From Octopus sinensis (lineage: Eukaryota): a DNA stretch of 64,000 bases. The notes beneath the pieces are model-generated. The model saw only the letters and a program-made list of their open reading frames with translations. It did not search any database and was not told where the DNA came from. The stretch covers positions 62,682,001-62,746,000 of the forward strand of contig NC_043009.1 in the NCBI RefSeq assembly GCF_006345805.1, in the 5' to 3' direction. The position numbers and the translations under genes were made by a program. The first letter of the stretch is position 1, and each line of letters begins with the position of its first letter. Below, one piece after another: positions 61,445 to 64,000 of this stretch.

Positions 61445-64000
61445 GTAAGTATCTTTTAGAATTGTTTCTCACACTCTTGCATTGTCTCCAGTGCTTCCAA
61501 AGATTTTCTTACTAACATCTATTAATGGCTAACTTTCAGTTCAGTGAGTTGTTAATTCCATTCTGGCTTTATAAAATATGTCTTCAGTTATTCCAAATCA
61601 CTTGGAACGATTTTCTTAATGGTACTGAAAATTTGTGCAGAGAGAGAGAGAGAGAACTTTATAGGCTTTAGGTATTGGTGTTTTGCATGGTTGTCAGGAA
61701 AACAACTTCAGCATTAATCAGTAAAAAAAAGTCTGTTTGTGATACAATATGGTGAAAGTTTGTTCGTTAGTCTGTTAACAATATGATTTTTTTTCCTATA
61801 TAAATACTTTTGATAAGAACTAAACCACATCTTTAAAGCACAACGATATTTTAGTTTTAGGATAGCATGTTGACTGAACATTAAAGTATTTTTTAGTTAA
61901 ATTTTAGTCACATGTCTACTCAATAATAACTACAATAAAACTAACAAAGGCTTTTAAAATTAGGAAAGCATAGCAAAATTACCCTGTGGTGACTAGTGAT
62001 GGTAAATAGAGGATGGTAGTGAGATTTTAATAGAAATATTTTGAAGGTTCTTTTTACTTTTCCTTACATTTTACAATATTGGATGGTTTCTAAAATGGTC
62101 CCTCTATTATACACTTCGGTACAAATAAATTTAACATTAAGAAATTTCATTATGAATTTTTATGCACATCTAATGTGGCAATATTGTTTTGGTACAACAC
62201 TAAACCCTGCCATTTTGTCTAGAGTCCACTGTTGACCAAACTCATCACTTCTCATTGCATTATATTTATGTTTTAACACTTCTGTTAGCTGTTGAGTTCC
62301 TCATCCCAAACTTGAAGTGAAACAATGGGCTGTTATTAGTGTGAAATGCCTTCCACAATTTAGTTTGTAATTGTTTTAATAAATGTTATTTAAGATGTAG
62401 CATAAGATTCATGATCTGAGAACTTGTTGTTTTCTATAATGTTTTATAGTCTAACCCATGCTAGCATGGAAAGCGGATGCTAAACGATGATGATGATGAT
62501 AGTGAGGGAAATAAACTTTATCCTTGCTGGTTTCATTGAGCAAATGTTTTTACATTTTAATTTACCTATACCTTTAATATCCATGTGGTTGTTTCTATTT
62601 TAATAGAAAATATAGTTTTTCTTAGTTTTATTTAATGATCAGTAAGTCTTATCCAAGTGATTTCTTAAGAAAATGTTTTGCTCATACCAATATACCTTAT
62701 TTTATGAAAAACTTTTGGCTAATAGTATTGCCTGCAATTAACTGAGACTTGTGCTGGCGTTCTGATTATCAGTAGACTTCACTGTTGATAGTTTGGTAGT
62801 TATAAACTATGTCTTATCTCTAAGTATATTGAAATTTTTTCACGGTTCCCCTTATCTCTTTCAGAAATATTTTGAAATGTTGAATTTTATTCTTCTTTCA
62901 CCAATTCTCCTGAACACTTTTCCAAGAAACAATACTTTGATTCTATTTCTTCAGCAGGTTTTTTTCCTGCTCCTTTTTCCTGATATTCCTGTGGTTTAGA
63001 ATCTATTTCTTTCTTTATTCCTAGAATATCTGTGGTTCTACTTGGACTAATTGGTTCATGGTTTTACAAAAATAAATTAATATTTAAAAAAAAAATAGTT
63101 TGAGACCCCTTATTAGTGATGAGTAATATGCATATTTTCTCTTCTGGAATAATTTTTTGGTTAAACAATCCATTTGCTTCTATTGTTACGTATAATTTCT
63201 TTAGTATTAACGTTTTCTTCTTCATATTTCTTCCCTTTCTCACCTACTAACTATTTTAGTTCTTCTATTTCTTCACTTCTTTTGGTCTTTTTCACTGTTT
63301 GGAACTTCTAATCCTAATATATTGTTTCCTTTTTACTTTTTTAGAGTACGAGTAAAGATCGGAAAGGCACCTCTAGGAGGTAATTTGATTTCCTCATTCT
63401 TGCTCCCTTCTCTAAATGTCTAATTCCCAGTTCTCACAATCCCATCCTTTGCTTTGTCATTCACGACCTAAGTGTACCTTATCTCGTGAAGCATTTCTTC
63501 CAGTTTACCTCTGAAACCCCTAATCTCTCATTGTTATTATTGTTCAGGCAAAAAACTTATCCAAATTCTATTAACGATTGTTATCAACAATTAACAAGAA
63601 TAGTATATTTTTATAATAAATTATCTAGTCTATGAGTTATATCTACATATTTGACATCACATATCCTAAGTTGCTTGTATAGCTACATCAAAATAATATG
63701 CCGAGAGTATCTTTTTATATTCTCTCTCTACCACAATGTTATTATAGGGTTGAAAATTAAGACAATTAGATTTTTAAAAAAAAGAAAAAAGCTATTACTC
63801 GCTCATATCAGTTAATAACATAAAAACTATTTTTTTTATCTGCTATCTCATTTTTTAAAATTATGTTTTCTTGAATAATGGCAGTAGAAGAAGTTTCTTG
63901 AACAATGGTAGTAGAAGATGAATATCATACTGTTTGCTCTTTAAACAAGAGCTTCCCTTTGATTGTTGGTTTTTGAAATCTTAATGTTAAATTCCAAGTT

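Overview
AT-rich, repeat-dense animal genomic DNA. The tRNA-derived SINE families, dense (TA)n/(CA)n/(AAT)n/(GAT)n microsatellites and LINE content resemble an octopus (coleoid cephalopod) genome; that assignment is inference. No prokaryotic gene organisation, rRNA, true tRNA or CRISPR array is visible. The only long ORF is an uninterrupted CR1-clade LINE ORF2 (APE endonuclease plus reverse transcriptase, 18811-21576, +). It sits inside a SINE and has a ~99% identical 3' copy in inverted orientation at 3820-4625. The window also holds a decayed Merlin (IS1595/IS1016-like DDE) transposase (-, ~41.5-42.3 kb) and a 277-bp MITE with GG-terminal TIRs and a perfect 9-bp TSD. Other elements are an R4/Dong-type restriction-like-endonuclease fragment inside a TAA repeat, RTE and other LINE relics, hAT-, piggyBac-, Tc1- and Helentron-like non-autonomous elements, two striking foldback hairpins and a 32-bp pyrimidine minisatellite. 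Host-gene signals are fragmentary: a motif-dense CpG-rich promoter at ~37.65-37.79 kb, a strong + strand exon at 61349-61444 ending in ATG-TCA-ACT-GCT (MSTA), and weaker candidate exon chains. CpG content alternates in large domains, suggesting mosaic gene-body methylation. All alignments and counts were done by eye.
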